From assembly GCA_964568925.1 (NCBI GenBank), contig CAZMSJ010000001.1:81907-145906 (forward strand): DNA of 64,000 nt. Direction: 5' to 3'. This stretch comes from an uncultured Gammaproteobacteria bacterium. Lineage in GTDB: Bacteria > Patescibacteriota > Microgenomatia > UBA8517. Below, piece after piece: positions 1-7,788 of this stretch. Made by a program: the position numbers and the translations under genes. The notes under the pieces are model-generated. The model saw only the letters and a program-made list of their open reading frames with translations. It did no database searches and had not been told where the DNA came from. How positions within the stretch are numbered: the first letter of the stretch is position 1; each line of letters starts with the position of its first letter.

Positions 1-86
1 TGTGCAAGAAGAATACTAAACATTAGGTAATTGTACTTGTCTGTAGATTTTGAAACAAGTGTATGAAAAGGAATAAATTGGTAATA

Positions 87-117
87 CAAAAAAAGCCCAA
101 GAAGACTTGGGCTTTTT
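87..117 (-). terminator. Rho-independent terminator closing the pilin-like operon (hairpin is bidirectional)
   Basis: Stem GCCCAAG (95-101) / CTTGGGC (106-112) with loop AAGA. The A-run at 87-94 gives a U-run on the minus strand, and a T-run at 113-117 follows on the plus strand. It lies 22 nt downstream of the stop of the 134..481 gene. Confidence 0.7.
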
Positions 118-133
118 AAGCAGAAAAACAAGT

Positions 134-481
134 TTAGATTGTTGGAATAGTAAAGTTCAAAATACTTACTCCAAAAATGCTTTCTACCAAAGTTGCAATT
201 GCCCAGGCAGAAAAAATAATTACGAGCCCAATCAAAGCTGCAGTAATTTTACCTCGAGCTGATTCTGTTGATGCTTTGTCTCCACCAGAGAGAATCCATT
301 GTAATCCTCCGATTATTAACATAAAAAAGAATATAAGACCTGCAACGACAATAACTCCGTTAATAGCAAAGGTAATGAAACGTTGCACAGTAAAAGTTCC
401 TAAAGATGCATTCGTACTTCCTGGGTTTAGATCAATCGAACTTCCTTTTGTTTGTGCGAATACTGTAGAAAATAAATTCAT
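134..481 (-). CDS. Small two-TM pilin-like protein (TrbC/VirB2-type 'T4SS pilin'-like), paralog 1 of 9
   Basis: Two hydrophobic helices flank the motif LSGGDKASTESARGKITAALIGLV, which is shared by all nine tandem paralogs. The ORF-track start at 493 is a GTG inside the AGGAGGTG Shine-Dalgarno sequence, so the in-frame ATG at 481 (11 nt after GGAGG) is preferred. Confidence 0.6.
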   Translation of the reverse strand: MNLFSTVFAQTKGSSIDLNPGSTNASLGTFTVQRFITFAINGVIVVAGLIFFFMLIIGGLQWILSGGDKASTESARGKITAALIGLVIIFSAWAIATLVESIFGVSILNFTIPTI

Positions 482-627
482 ATCATATGTCACCTCCTTT
501 TAGAAATCTCACTTTTTGTGAAAAATCGTAGAGTTTAGCGTATCTTGAGCTGAAAGTCAAGGATAGAGGCCTATCTATTAGTTATTTATCGCGTATTTTG
601 ACCAGAGAAGTCAAGAGGGAGACTCAG

Positions 628-969
628 TTACTTTGCAAGAATTGGAGTGAGATCAACATTAATTAAGTTGATACCAAAGATTGATTGCAGAAGTTTTGCA
701 ACAGCATACACACTTACTAAAACTACCAATCCTGTTATTGCTTGCACAATTTGAGAACGGGCACTTTCTACTTGTCCTTTATCACCACCAGATGTTATCC
801 ATCGAATTCCACCAAGGAGGAACATAAAAAAGAAAGCTAAGAATCCAACAACAAATAGGAGAGTAACCATTTGTTGAATAAAATTTGAAACAACGGTAAC
901 TCCATCTTGCCCAGGTCCGCCTTTGTCTATTATTAAGTTGGTAACGTCAGCTAGTACTACAGAATACAT
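628..969 (-). CDS. Pilin-like two-TM protein, paralog 2
   Basis: Carries TSGGDKGQVESARSQIVQAITGLV between two TM helices. It starts 3 nt after the upstream paralog's stop. Confidence 0.6.
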   Translation of the reverse strand: MYSVVLADVTNLIIDKGGPGQDGVTVVSNFIQQMVTLLFVVGFLAFFFMFLLGGIRWITSGGDKGQVESARSQIVQAITGLVVLVSVYAVAKLLQSIFGINLINVDLTPILAK

Positions 970-972
970 AAA

Positions 973-1344
973 TTATTGGTTTCTTAATGCTTGAATTTGA
1001 GTATTAATTCCTAATATGTCGAAACCTAAAACTCTTCCAATTAAGCTAATAATTGCAACCGCAAATATCACAATGACTAAACCGGTTATTCCTGCTGAAA
1101 TTCGCTTTCTTGCAGTCTCGTATGCCCCTTTGTCACCACCGGACGTGATTATCCCAATAGCACCGATTAAAAAGATGAAGATAAACCATATACCTGCAAT
1201 TACTGTCATTACCCCAATTATTGTAGACAAAAGCATCTCTAATTGACTGCCAGGATTTGAACCAGGAAGAAAAATTCCTCCGGCAGGTCCTGTATATCCA
1301 CCACCTGGGCCAAAACGAAGAACAGCTGCAATTTGATTTGTCAT
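973..1344 (-). CDS. Pilin-like two-TM protein, paralog 3
   Basis: Carries TSGGDKGAYETARKRISAGITGLV between two TM helices. It is tightly packed in the same-strand array. Confidence 0.6.
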   Translation of the reverse strand: MTNQIAAVLRFGPGGGYTGPAGGIFLPGSNPGSQLEMLLSTIIGVMTVIAGIWFIFIFLIGAIGIITSGGDKGAYETARKRISAGITGLVIVIFAVAIISLIGRVLGFDILGINTQIQALRNQ

Positions 1345-1354
1345 ATATAAGTCT

Positions 1355-1699
1355 TTAGATAGTTAATGTTGGGTTAAGTAGAGCATCTGCTCTTCCATAG
1401 ATAATAAGACCAATGACAGATGCTAACAAAAATGACCCAACCAAAAATACCAAACCAATAATCGTCTGATAAATTTTGGCCCATGCTGATTCCATTCCTT
1501 TTGGATTGTCACCTGCACTCATGAACGCGTATCCTGCTAGTACAAAGTTAAAGAGGGCGTACAAACCTCCAAGCATAATAATGAGATTTAAAATGAGCTG
1601 AATTAATCTTCCCGGTCCGGTGTCTACTGTACCAAATTGTCCAACAGCGTCAGGTGGCGCAATTCTGCCAAATACTTGGAGAAGAGGAAAGATGTTCAT
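1355..1699 (-). CDS. Pilin-like two-TM protein, paralog 4
   Basis: Carries the variant motif MSAGDNPKGMESAWAKIYQTIIGLV with the same two-TM architecture. Confidence 0.55.
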   Translation of the reverse strand: MNIFPLLQVFGRIAPPDAVGQFGTVDTGPGRLIQLILNLIIMLGGLYALFNFVLAGYAFMSAGDNPKGMESAWAKIYQTIIGLVFLVGSFLLASVIGLIIYGRADALLNPTLTI

Positions 1700-1729
1700 A
1701 TGTTTAATAAATAATACCCTGTTTTAAAG

Positions 1730-2074
1730 TTAGACGCCACTTTGTGTTCCACGAATAAACCCTGGTGCAGTAAAAAATTCAACTCCAACTAGTCTCTGAA
1801 TTATCGCGATAATCCAATATGCACAAAATACTACGAGGAAACCAACGAGTGCATAGGTAATGGCCTGTTTTCCTTGTGCAGCACCCTTTGGGTCATTTCC
1901 ACCAGCACTTGAGATCATCATGAAACCTCCACCAACAAGAAGAAACAACAAGATAAGTCCTGCAAGGACAAGGCCACCAGCCATGATTGTAGTAATAAAA
2001 TCTCCAATACCTTTTGTTTGACCAAAAGGGGAACCAAATGTTTGACCAATATTAACCAACGCAAGTTTTTCCAT
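1730..2074 (-). CDS. Pilin-like two-TM protein, paralog 5
   Basis: Carries SSAGGNDPKGAAQGKQAITYALVGF between two TM helices. Confidence 0.55.
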   Translation of the reverse strand: MEKLALVNIGQTFGSPFGQTKGIGDFITTIMAGGLVLAGLILLFLLVGGGFMMISSAGGNDPKGAAQGKQAITYALVGFLVVFCAYWIIAIIQRLVGVEFFTAPGFIRGTQSGV

Positions 2075-2078
2075 AGAT

Positions 2079-2441
2079 TTAAAATGTTTGTGTAATTCCT
2101 TGTGCCCCTAAGATGAGACCTACAATCTGTACAATCCAGTATGCACAAAAAACGATAATAAAACCAACGATTGCATTTGTGAGTTTCTGTTTGTTTGCAT
2201 TTACGGCTCCAGGATCTCCCTGTGAGAGCATTAAACCAATACCAGCAGAAATACTATATAAAACAATTATTGCACCTGCGATAAAGAATACTAATGTGGA
2301 AATTCCATATTGACCAGTAAAGACATCAGAGATGTTTCCTCCTGCAAAACGGAAACCAGGAATACTCTTTTCAAGCGTGTTGAAAGTGTTTTTGTCAAAA
2401 GGGTTTGGTGCCGTTGCTTGTGCGAGTAGAATGCTAAACAT
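2079..2441 (-). CDS. Pilin-like two-TM protein, paralog 6
   Basis: Carries LSQGDPGAVNANKQKLTNAIVGF between two TM helices. Confidence 0.55.
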   Translation of the reverse strand: MFSILLAQATAPNPFDKNTFNTLEKSIPGFRFAGGNISDVFTGQYGISTLVFFIAGAIIVLYSISAGIGLMLSQGDPGAVNANKQKLTNAIVGFIIVFCAYWIVQIVGLILGAQGITQTF

Positions 2442-2453
2442 AGTTTTAGTATA

Positions 2454-3296
2454 TCAAAAAAGACCTAAGATATTTACGCCGATTACTCTCAAGAGGAAAA
2501 TACTAAAGATAATAAGGATTAGCCCAGAAACTGCTGAGGTTAAGAGTGACTTTCCTTCAGTGAGCTTTGCTGGTTCACCTGAAGAGGTTAAAATCTTAAA
2601 TCCTGCAAGCAGGAACATGAAGAAGGTAAACCCTCCACCGATTCCTAAGAGCCAAACTAAGAAGAAGCTTGTTAGTCGGTCAAGCACGTTAATTGGAATA
2701 CAACCAATCGCAGTTTGAACCCCATCACCACTTTTCTGAGCCTTACCAGTTTTCGTGTTACAACCACCATCAAATCCACGGTCTACTGCACCACAGTTAT
2801 TGAAGCATTGTGTCTGACTACTATATTGTCCATTCTTTTGTGGTTCACACCCTGCCACACCACACGCCCAGTGTGTTCCACCACTTTGGCAGATTGCAGA
2901 ACAGTCCGCTCGTGTATCGAATGTGCAATCTTGATTCTGTGGATCTGCACATGGGGTGCATGTCCCGTTTGAATTACATTGGTGGCGAACTGGAGCCGGA
3001 GTAGGGCCAGTTGGGTTTGTTTGGATACAGGTAAAGGGAGGTCTGTTTTGGCATGCAGAGACTGTCATGTCTTGTGGAGCCATTGCACATTCATTTCCAA
3101 CGTCATATCCACCAGCGGTATCACAGGTATAACTTGATCCCGATCCCATTGGTACACAGATATATACGCTTCCGGTTGGATCCAGTTGTGCAGTGCACTT
3201 GTAGGTGCCTTGTGCCGAAACGCCAGACAAAGACAAACTCAAAAGCACTAAAAAAGATGCAATACCGATGGCCAGGTGGATTCCCTTTTTATACAT
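2454..3296 (-). CDS. Cys-rich ectodomain fused to a C-terminal pilin-like two-TM module (paralog 7)
   Basis: Has an N-terminal signal/TM segment (IHLAIGIASFLVLLSLSLSGVSA). I counted 18 Cys in the ~190-aa ectodomain. The linker TAIGCIPIN is followed by the pilin module (TSSGEPAKLTEGKSLLTSAVSGL). Confidence 0.6.
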   Translation of the reverse strand: MYKKGIHLAIGIASFLVLLSLSLSGVSAQGTYKCTAQLDPTGSVYICVPMGSGSSYTCDTAGGYDVGNECAMAPQDMTVSACQNRPPFTCIQTNPTGPTPAPVRHQCNSNGTCTPCADPQNQDCTFDTRADCSAICQSGGTHWACGVAGCEPQKNGQYSSQTQCFNNCGAVDRGFDGGCNTKTGKAQKSGDGVQTAIGCIPINVLDRLTSFFLVWLLGIGGGFTFFMFLLAGFKILTSSGEPAKLTEGKSLLTSAVSGLILIIFSIFLLRVIGVNILGLF

Positions 3297-3303
3297 ATAT
3301 CTA

Positions 3304-4212
3304 TTAAAACAGACCGAGGATATTTACACCAATTAAGCGCAATGCAAAGATTGAGAAGACAATTAAGATGAGTCCTGAAACAGCTGAGGTTAAGAGCTCC
3401 TGGCCAGCTGAAAGCTTTTTTGGGTCGCCAGAGGAGGTGAGTATTTGAAACCCTGCTGTGAGAATCATAATGAAAGCGATTCCACCGCCAATACCAACTA
3501 ACCACCTCATGAAAAATGAAGTCATTATCGTTGCATTATCAATTGGAATACACCCAATCGCAGTTGGTATTCCTTTGCCACCACCAGCGACATTACACGT
3601 ATCAACTGCAGTTATCTGTGACTGACCACCACCACTTGGAGCTGCACAAATACCTGATCTGCATGACGCTCCTGTTTGTGAACAGGTTGCTTGTCCTGCA
3701 GCGTTTCCTGTTGGGCAGCATGTTTGTCCTGTTCCACCACAGGCGCAGTAGTAGGTACTCGCGGACAAGAGACTACTGGGACAGTTTGATGGGCACAGAT
3801 TTGAAAACGAAGCAGTAACGGCACCACAGGATAATGAGTTATTTCCCGTTACTGTTTCAGCGACAAAAGTACCACAACTAAATGGGGTAGCCGCTCCATC
3901 AGTTATAAGGACTCGGTACACACCAGATGTTCCAATCGCAGGTACATTTACGCTAAAGGTGTTGTTCGTTATGGTTATTGGTGCTGCAAAGATACTACTG
4001 TTTGCACTATTAAATACTGAGACACTTGTTATTGAAGAAGCTGCCGTGCATCCTGAACCACTCACGGTAAAGCCAGCTGTTGTTGCGGCACTGGGAGGAG
4101 TTATCTCGCATCCGCTGCAAGTCATTGCATGAATAGAAGATGTTGTTTGAAATAAAAGCACTAAAAAAGTAAGGAAGCTAAAAATACCAAATCGTGTTTT
4201 ACGTGCATGCAT
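3304..4212 (-). CDS. Cys-rich / Ig-like ectodomain fused to a C-terminal pilin-like module (paralog 8)
   Basis: Signal peptide (FGIFSFLTFLVLLFQTTSSIHA) and 16 Cys by my count. The C-terminal 80 aa are nearly identical to paralog 9. The start is set at Met18 of the track ORF (ATG at 4212), downstream of the TGCTAAAAT box at 4242-4250. Confidence 0.6.
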   Translation of the reverse strand: MHARKTRFGIFSFLTFLVLLFQTTSSIHAMTCSGCEITPPSAATTAGFTVSGSGCTAASSITSVSVFNSANSSIFAAPITITNNTFSVNVPAIGTSGVYRVLITDGAATPFSCGTFVAETVTGNNSLSCGAVTASFSNLCPSNCPSSLLSASTYYCACGGTGQTCCPTGNAAGQATCSQTGASCRSGICAAPSGGGQSQITAVDTCNVAGGGKGIPTAIGCIPIDNATIMTSFFMRWLVGIGGGIAFIMILTAGFQILTSSGDPKKLSAGQELLTSAVSGLILIVFSIFALRLIGVNILGLF

Positions 4213-4241
4213 ACTATATAGATATCTCTCTGTTAGCCTAA

Positions 4242-4250
4242 ATTTTAGCA
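4242..4250 (-). promoter_or_regulatory. Extended -10 promoter element TGCTAAAAT (minus strand)
   Basis: Plus-strand ATTTTAGCA equals TGnTAAAAT on the minus strand, 29 nt upstream of the ATG at 4212. The same 9-mer occurs at 5203-5211 and 39778-39786 in equivalent positions. Confidence 0.5.
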
Positions 4251-4290
4251 CATACACATACAACTTTCGGAATGAAGAATCTCCTCTCCA

Positions 4291-5196
4291 TTAGAAGAGG
4301 CCGAGGATGTTTACTCCAATGAGTCTCAATATAAAGATTGAGAAAATAATTAATATCAGGCCTGAAACAGCAGAGGTTAAGAGTTCTTGCCCTGTAGAGA
4401 GTCTCTTTGGGTCGCCAGAGGAGGTGAGTATTTGAAATCCTGCAGCAAGGATCATAATGAAAGCGATTCCTCCGCCTATACCTAAGAGCCATCTCATGAC
4501 GAAGGCAGTGAGGGCTGTAACATTTTCAATTGGTACACAGCCAACTGCAGTTGGAATACCTTGGCCACCGCCAGCTGCATCACAGGTTGCTGCTTTTGTT
4601 GATTGTTTGGTACCAGTTCCGGAGCTCCCAAGAAGACTATTTGGTAGACAGCACTTGTTGGTACCAACACTACAACTTCCACTTATCGGTGTCTCATCAG
4701 TTGCACATGTGGCTTTACATGCTCCCTGGAAATTAGTACAAGCTTGTGGGTTTGATGTTGCTGGTGCAATACAGTTTGTCCTACAGTCAGCTTGGCTTGA
4801 TGCTGTTTGGTCGCAATCAGCAACTGAGTTATTAGGAATATCATCACATATTTGACAAGATTTTGAACCTGATGAGTCTGTTACACAGTTATTTCTTGTT
4901 TGTATTGGTTGGCAGGGGATAAAAAGTGGGTTAGGGCAGGACTGTTGTCTACAATAAGTAAAAAGGTCAGTTGAAGGAGCTTTGTACCCTGGAGCACAAC
5001 TTGATGCAAATGTCCCATCCGGTGCGTTTTGACTCTCACACATTCCTGTTCCATCAGAGTAAACACAGACAATGCATCCACTAGTTTCATTTCCTTGACA
5101 CCTACTTGCTTGTGCAAAGGTTGTCTTTGCTGATAGGCTAAGCATTCCAAAGAGAAACAGTGTGATAATTACTGCTCGTTTCATGAAAGTTTCCAT
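4291..5196 (-). CDS. Cys-rich ectodomain fused to a C-terminal pilin-like module (paralog 9)
   Basis: Signal peptide (AVIITLFLFGMLSLSAKTTFA) and 22 Cys by my count. The linker GIPTAVGCVPIEN is followed by the pilin module TSSGDPKRLSTGQELLTSAVSGL. The start is set at the ATG at 5196, 6 nt from the -10 box. Confidence 0.6.
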   Translation of the reverse strand: METFMKRAVIITLFLFGMLSLSAKTTFAQASRCQGNETSGCIVCVYSDGTGMCESQNAPDGTFASSCAPGYKAPSTDLFTYCRQQSCPNPLFIPCQPIQTRNNCVTDSSGSKSCQICDDIPNNSVADCDQTASSQADCRTNCIAPATSNPQACTNFQGACKATCATDETPISGSCSVGTNKCCLPNSLLGSSGTGTKQSTKAATCDAAGGGQGIPTAVGCVPIENVTALTAFVMRWLLGIGGGIAFIMILAAGFQILTSSGDPKRLSTGQELLTSAVSGLILIIFSIFILRLIGVNILGLF

Positions 5197-5202
5197 ACGC
5201 AA

Positions 5203-5211
5203 ATTTTAGCA
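5203..5211 (-). promoter_or_regulatory. Extended -10 promoter element TGCTAAAAT (minus strand), probably giving a leaderless transcript
   Basis: The 9-mer is identical to the one at 4242-4250. Only 6 nt separate the TAAAAT hexamer from the ATG at 5196. Confidence 0.5.
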
Positions 5212-5252
5212 TACAAGAAGTTGGTATAATGATTAGAAGCCGTTTACCGTCT

Positions 5253-6965
5253 ATGAGAAAACTACGAAACCCTTTTTTATCACTTGTCTTGATTCTCCTT
5301 CTTTCTGTTTCATTCTGGTTATCTTTCTCCATTACTTCAGCTGAGCCTGATTGTGATAGCAATAATTTGTCTGGAGGGGATATTGATGTTTGTTTGCAAA
5401 AGTTAAAGCATGACGCTGAGGCCTTGGCCCCAGCTCACGAGAACAATAAAAAAGAACTTGAGGCATTAACGAAACAAGTTGCTGACCTAAAACGAAGAAT
5501 CGATGCAACACTCAAACAAATTAGAAACTTAGAGGCAAGTATTAAGTCTCGTGAGAAAGATCTTTCCTTTACTCAAAAAGTATTTGAACAGAAGGCAGCT
5601 GAGCACTACAAATTTATGCGAGCCTATGATCCACTGCTTCCGTTCCTTGTAGCTGACTCTGCTTCAGAAGTATTTCTTGAGATCTCACTCCGACAGAGAA
5701 CGGTTGAAGGAGATCGCAAAGTTATGGAAGGGTATGGGGTGGACTTGGCAAAGTTAACTGCCGACCGTGATAGTTTAGCCAAAAACAAAGACTCACTTGC
5801 GTCACTGCAAAAGAGAGTAGATGAGCGTGCTCAGTTTTTAGGGAAGGAAGTTTCTAAAGTAGAAAGCTATTTGGCTGACCTTTCAAGCCGCCAAGAAGAG
5901 TTGTTGGCACAAAAGGCTGGTGGTTTTGCAACGTCCATTGGTGACACTCCACCAACTCTTGAACCATGTAGTGGAGCCCCTGGCACTGACAGTTTTTGTG
6001 ATCCTGGTTTCCGTCCCGCCTTTGCTGGGTTTAGTTTTGGCGCACCACACAGAACCGGTATGAGTCAGTATGGTGCATATGGACGATCTAAAAGTGGACA
6101 GTCAGCTGAAACTATTCTTTCAGCCTACTTCCAAGGAGCCTCACTCAGGAAAGATTATCCAATTCCATCAACCATTGGGGTAACTGGCAAAGGACGTGTT
6201 TCATTTGAAGAAAACTACCTATTAGGTATCTATGAAGTTCCCGAAAGTTGGGGGGAAAAAGGCGGTTTTGAGGCACTTAAAGCACAAGCCGTTGCCGCAC
6301 GCAGTTATGCGTTGGCAGTTACCAATAATGGTGCAGGAACCATTTGTACGACCGAGGCGTGCCAGGTGTATAAGCCTCAGTTAAAGACGGGTAAATGGGC
6401 AGAGGCGGTTCGCGCAACACGAGGATGGGTGTTAATTAAAGACGGTCAGCCTGCCAAAACATACTTTTCAGCTTCCACTGGTGGATACACTATTAGTCAG
6501 TGGGGGTGGACCGGTATTAAAGATGCTGCAAACGATTGGCCATCAACTGCATATGAAAAAGTATCTGGTTCTCCGTGGTTTTATAAAGGATGGTTTAAGT
6601 CTCGTTCTGGTGCAACCTGTGGACGAAGTAACCCGTGGCTCACAAGCGCTCAAATGGCAGATATCTTAAACGCATGGAAAGTCTTGTATCAAGGTGGAGG
6701 GGATACTGGTCGCATTTCACCACCAGACCCATGTTGGAATGGAAATCCATACTCGTTGTCTGAATTGTCTAACCTGGGAGGTTTTACCTCAGTCTCAAGT
6801 GTCAGTGTTGTCTATGGAAACAGTGGAAGTACCCAGTCAGTGAGCTTTGGAACAAACAAAGGAAGTGTCACAATTAGTGGAGAAGAGTTAAAGAGAGCAT
6901 TCAATTTGCGAGCCCCAGGAAACATTGGTATCAAGAGCTCGCTTTTTAACATAGAGAAGCTATAA
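5253..6965 (+). CDS. SpoIID/LytB-domain protein with an N-terminal coiled coil (cell-wall lytic or remodelling factor)
   Basis: EALKAQAVAARSYALAV, GMSQYGAYG and TEACQVYKP match the SpoIID family signature. The N-terminus has a signal/TM segment followed by a long heptad-like region. The first ATG (5229) overlaps the TATAAT at 5225-5230, so Met9 (5253) is preferred. Confidence 0.8.
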   Translation: MRKLRNPFLSLVLILLLSVSFWLSFSITSAEPDCDSNNLSGGDIDVCLQKLKHDAEALAPAHENNKKELEALTKQVADLKRRIDATLKQIRNLEASIKSREKDLSFTQKVFEQKAAEHYKFMRAYDPLLPFLVADSASEVFLEISLRQRTVEGDRKVMEGYGVDLAKLTADRDSLAKNKDSLASLQKRVDERAQFLGKEVSKVESYLADLSSRQEELLAQKAGGFATSIGDTPPTLEPCSGAPGTDSFCDPGFRPAFAGFSFGAPHRTGMSQYGAYGRSKSGQSAETILSAYFQGASLRKDYPIPSTIGVTGKGRVSFEENYLLGIYEVPESWGEKGGFEALKAQAVAARSYALAVTNNGAGTICTTEACQVYKPQLKTGKWAEAVRATRGWVLIKDGQPAKTYFSASTGGYTISQWGWTGIKDAANDWPSTAYEKVSGSPWFYKGWFKSRSGATCGRSNPWLTSAQMADILNAWKVLYQGGGDTGRISPPDPCWNGNPYSLSELSNLGGFTSVSSVSVVYGNSGSTQSVSFGTNKGSVTISGEELKRAFNLRAPGNIGIKSSLFNIEKL

Positions 6966-6973
6966 TTGGAGCA

Positions 6974-7558
6974 ATGGCCGCAATAACAACACCACACACT
7001 AAGAATCCACTTTCTTCGTATTGTCACTACCCACAAAACGTCAAATTCTCTGAGGCTGACAAAGAAGAGAAGATTGTTCTTCTCTTAAGAAAGCACTTTT
7101 TAACAAACGTAAAGTGGATTGTGATGTCACTTATCTTAATCATTGCCCCTACGCTCATTGTTGCGTTTCCGGTGCTTTCCTTTCTTCCAGAACGGTTTTT
7201 AATAGTTTTAATTTTATTTTGGTACTTGGCCACCATGGCATACATATTGGAGCGGTTTATTACCTGGTTTTATAACGTATACATTATTACTGATGAGCGA
7301 ATCTTTGATGTTGATTTCAGTAACTTGGTTTATCGAGAGATAAGTGAGGCAAACATTGATCGAATTGAAGATGTGACCAGTATCATTGGGAGTGTCATTC
7401 GTACCACCTTTAACTATGGTGACTTGGTAATTCAGACTTCGGCTGAAATTCCACAGATTGATTTTGAAGCAGTTCCACGACCTGATGATGTTGCAAAGAT
7501 TTTGCGAGAACTTCGTGTTGAAGAAGAACAAGAAAAAATAGAAGGGAGAGTACGCTAA
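6974..7558 (+). CDS. Membrane protein with two TM helices and a PH-like C-terminal domain; function unknown
   Basis: Two hydrophobic helices (IVMSLILIIAPTLIVAF and LIVLILFWYLATMAYIL) are followed by a soluble domain. The stop overlaps the next start by 1 nt. Confidence 0.6.
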   Translation: MAAITTPHTKNPLSSYCHYPQNVKFSEADKEEKIVLLLRKHFLTNVKWIVMSLILIIAPTLIVAFPVLSFLPERFLIVLILFWYLATMAYILERFITWFYNVYIITDERIFDVDFSNLVYREISEANIDRIEDVTSIIGSVIRTTFNYGDLVIQTSAEIPQIDFEAVPRPDDVAKILRELRVEEEQEKIEGRVR

Positions 7559-7788
7559 TGGAATCAGTATTGGGAACTGCAATTAGTAATGATATTTGGT
7601 TTGTCGTTAAAATCATGGTCATTATTGGCATGGTGCTCTATTCTGTCTTTGCCTTTGTTATCGTTCGACAGGTGACACACATGATTGCCACCTTAAAGGT
7701 TGGTTTTGAAACGCCTATTCGTATCTTTTCATTCCTTCACTTTTTTGCTGCCCTCGGTTTATTAATTCTTTCCTTTTTTATCCTGTAA
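7558..7788 (+). CDS. Small membrane protein
   Basis: 76 aa with two hydrophobic helices. It is translationally coupled on both sides (7558 overlaps the upstream stop, and the next gene starts at 7789). Confidence 0.5.
   Translation: MESVLGTAISNDIWFVVKIMVIIGMVLYSVFAFVIVRQVTHMIATLKVGFETPIRIFSFLHFFAALGLLILSFFIL

Noticed and set aside
177-5150. Many ORF-track entries lie antisense or out of frame to the pilin-like genes. Examples are 177..503+, 1016..1246+, 1918..2148-, 2113..2313+, 2332..2718+, 2715..2972+, 3053..3307+, 3516..3818+, 4457..4855+ and 4881..5150-.
   Set aside because: They completely overlap better-supported genes that have paralogous conservation, signal peptides and TM patterns. 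Their translations are low-complexity mirror images with no RBS or promoter context.
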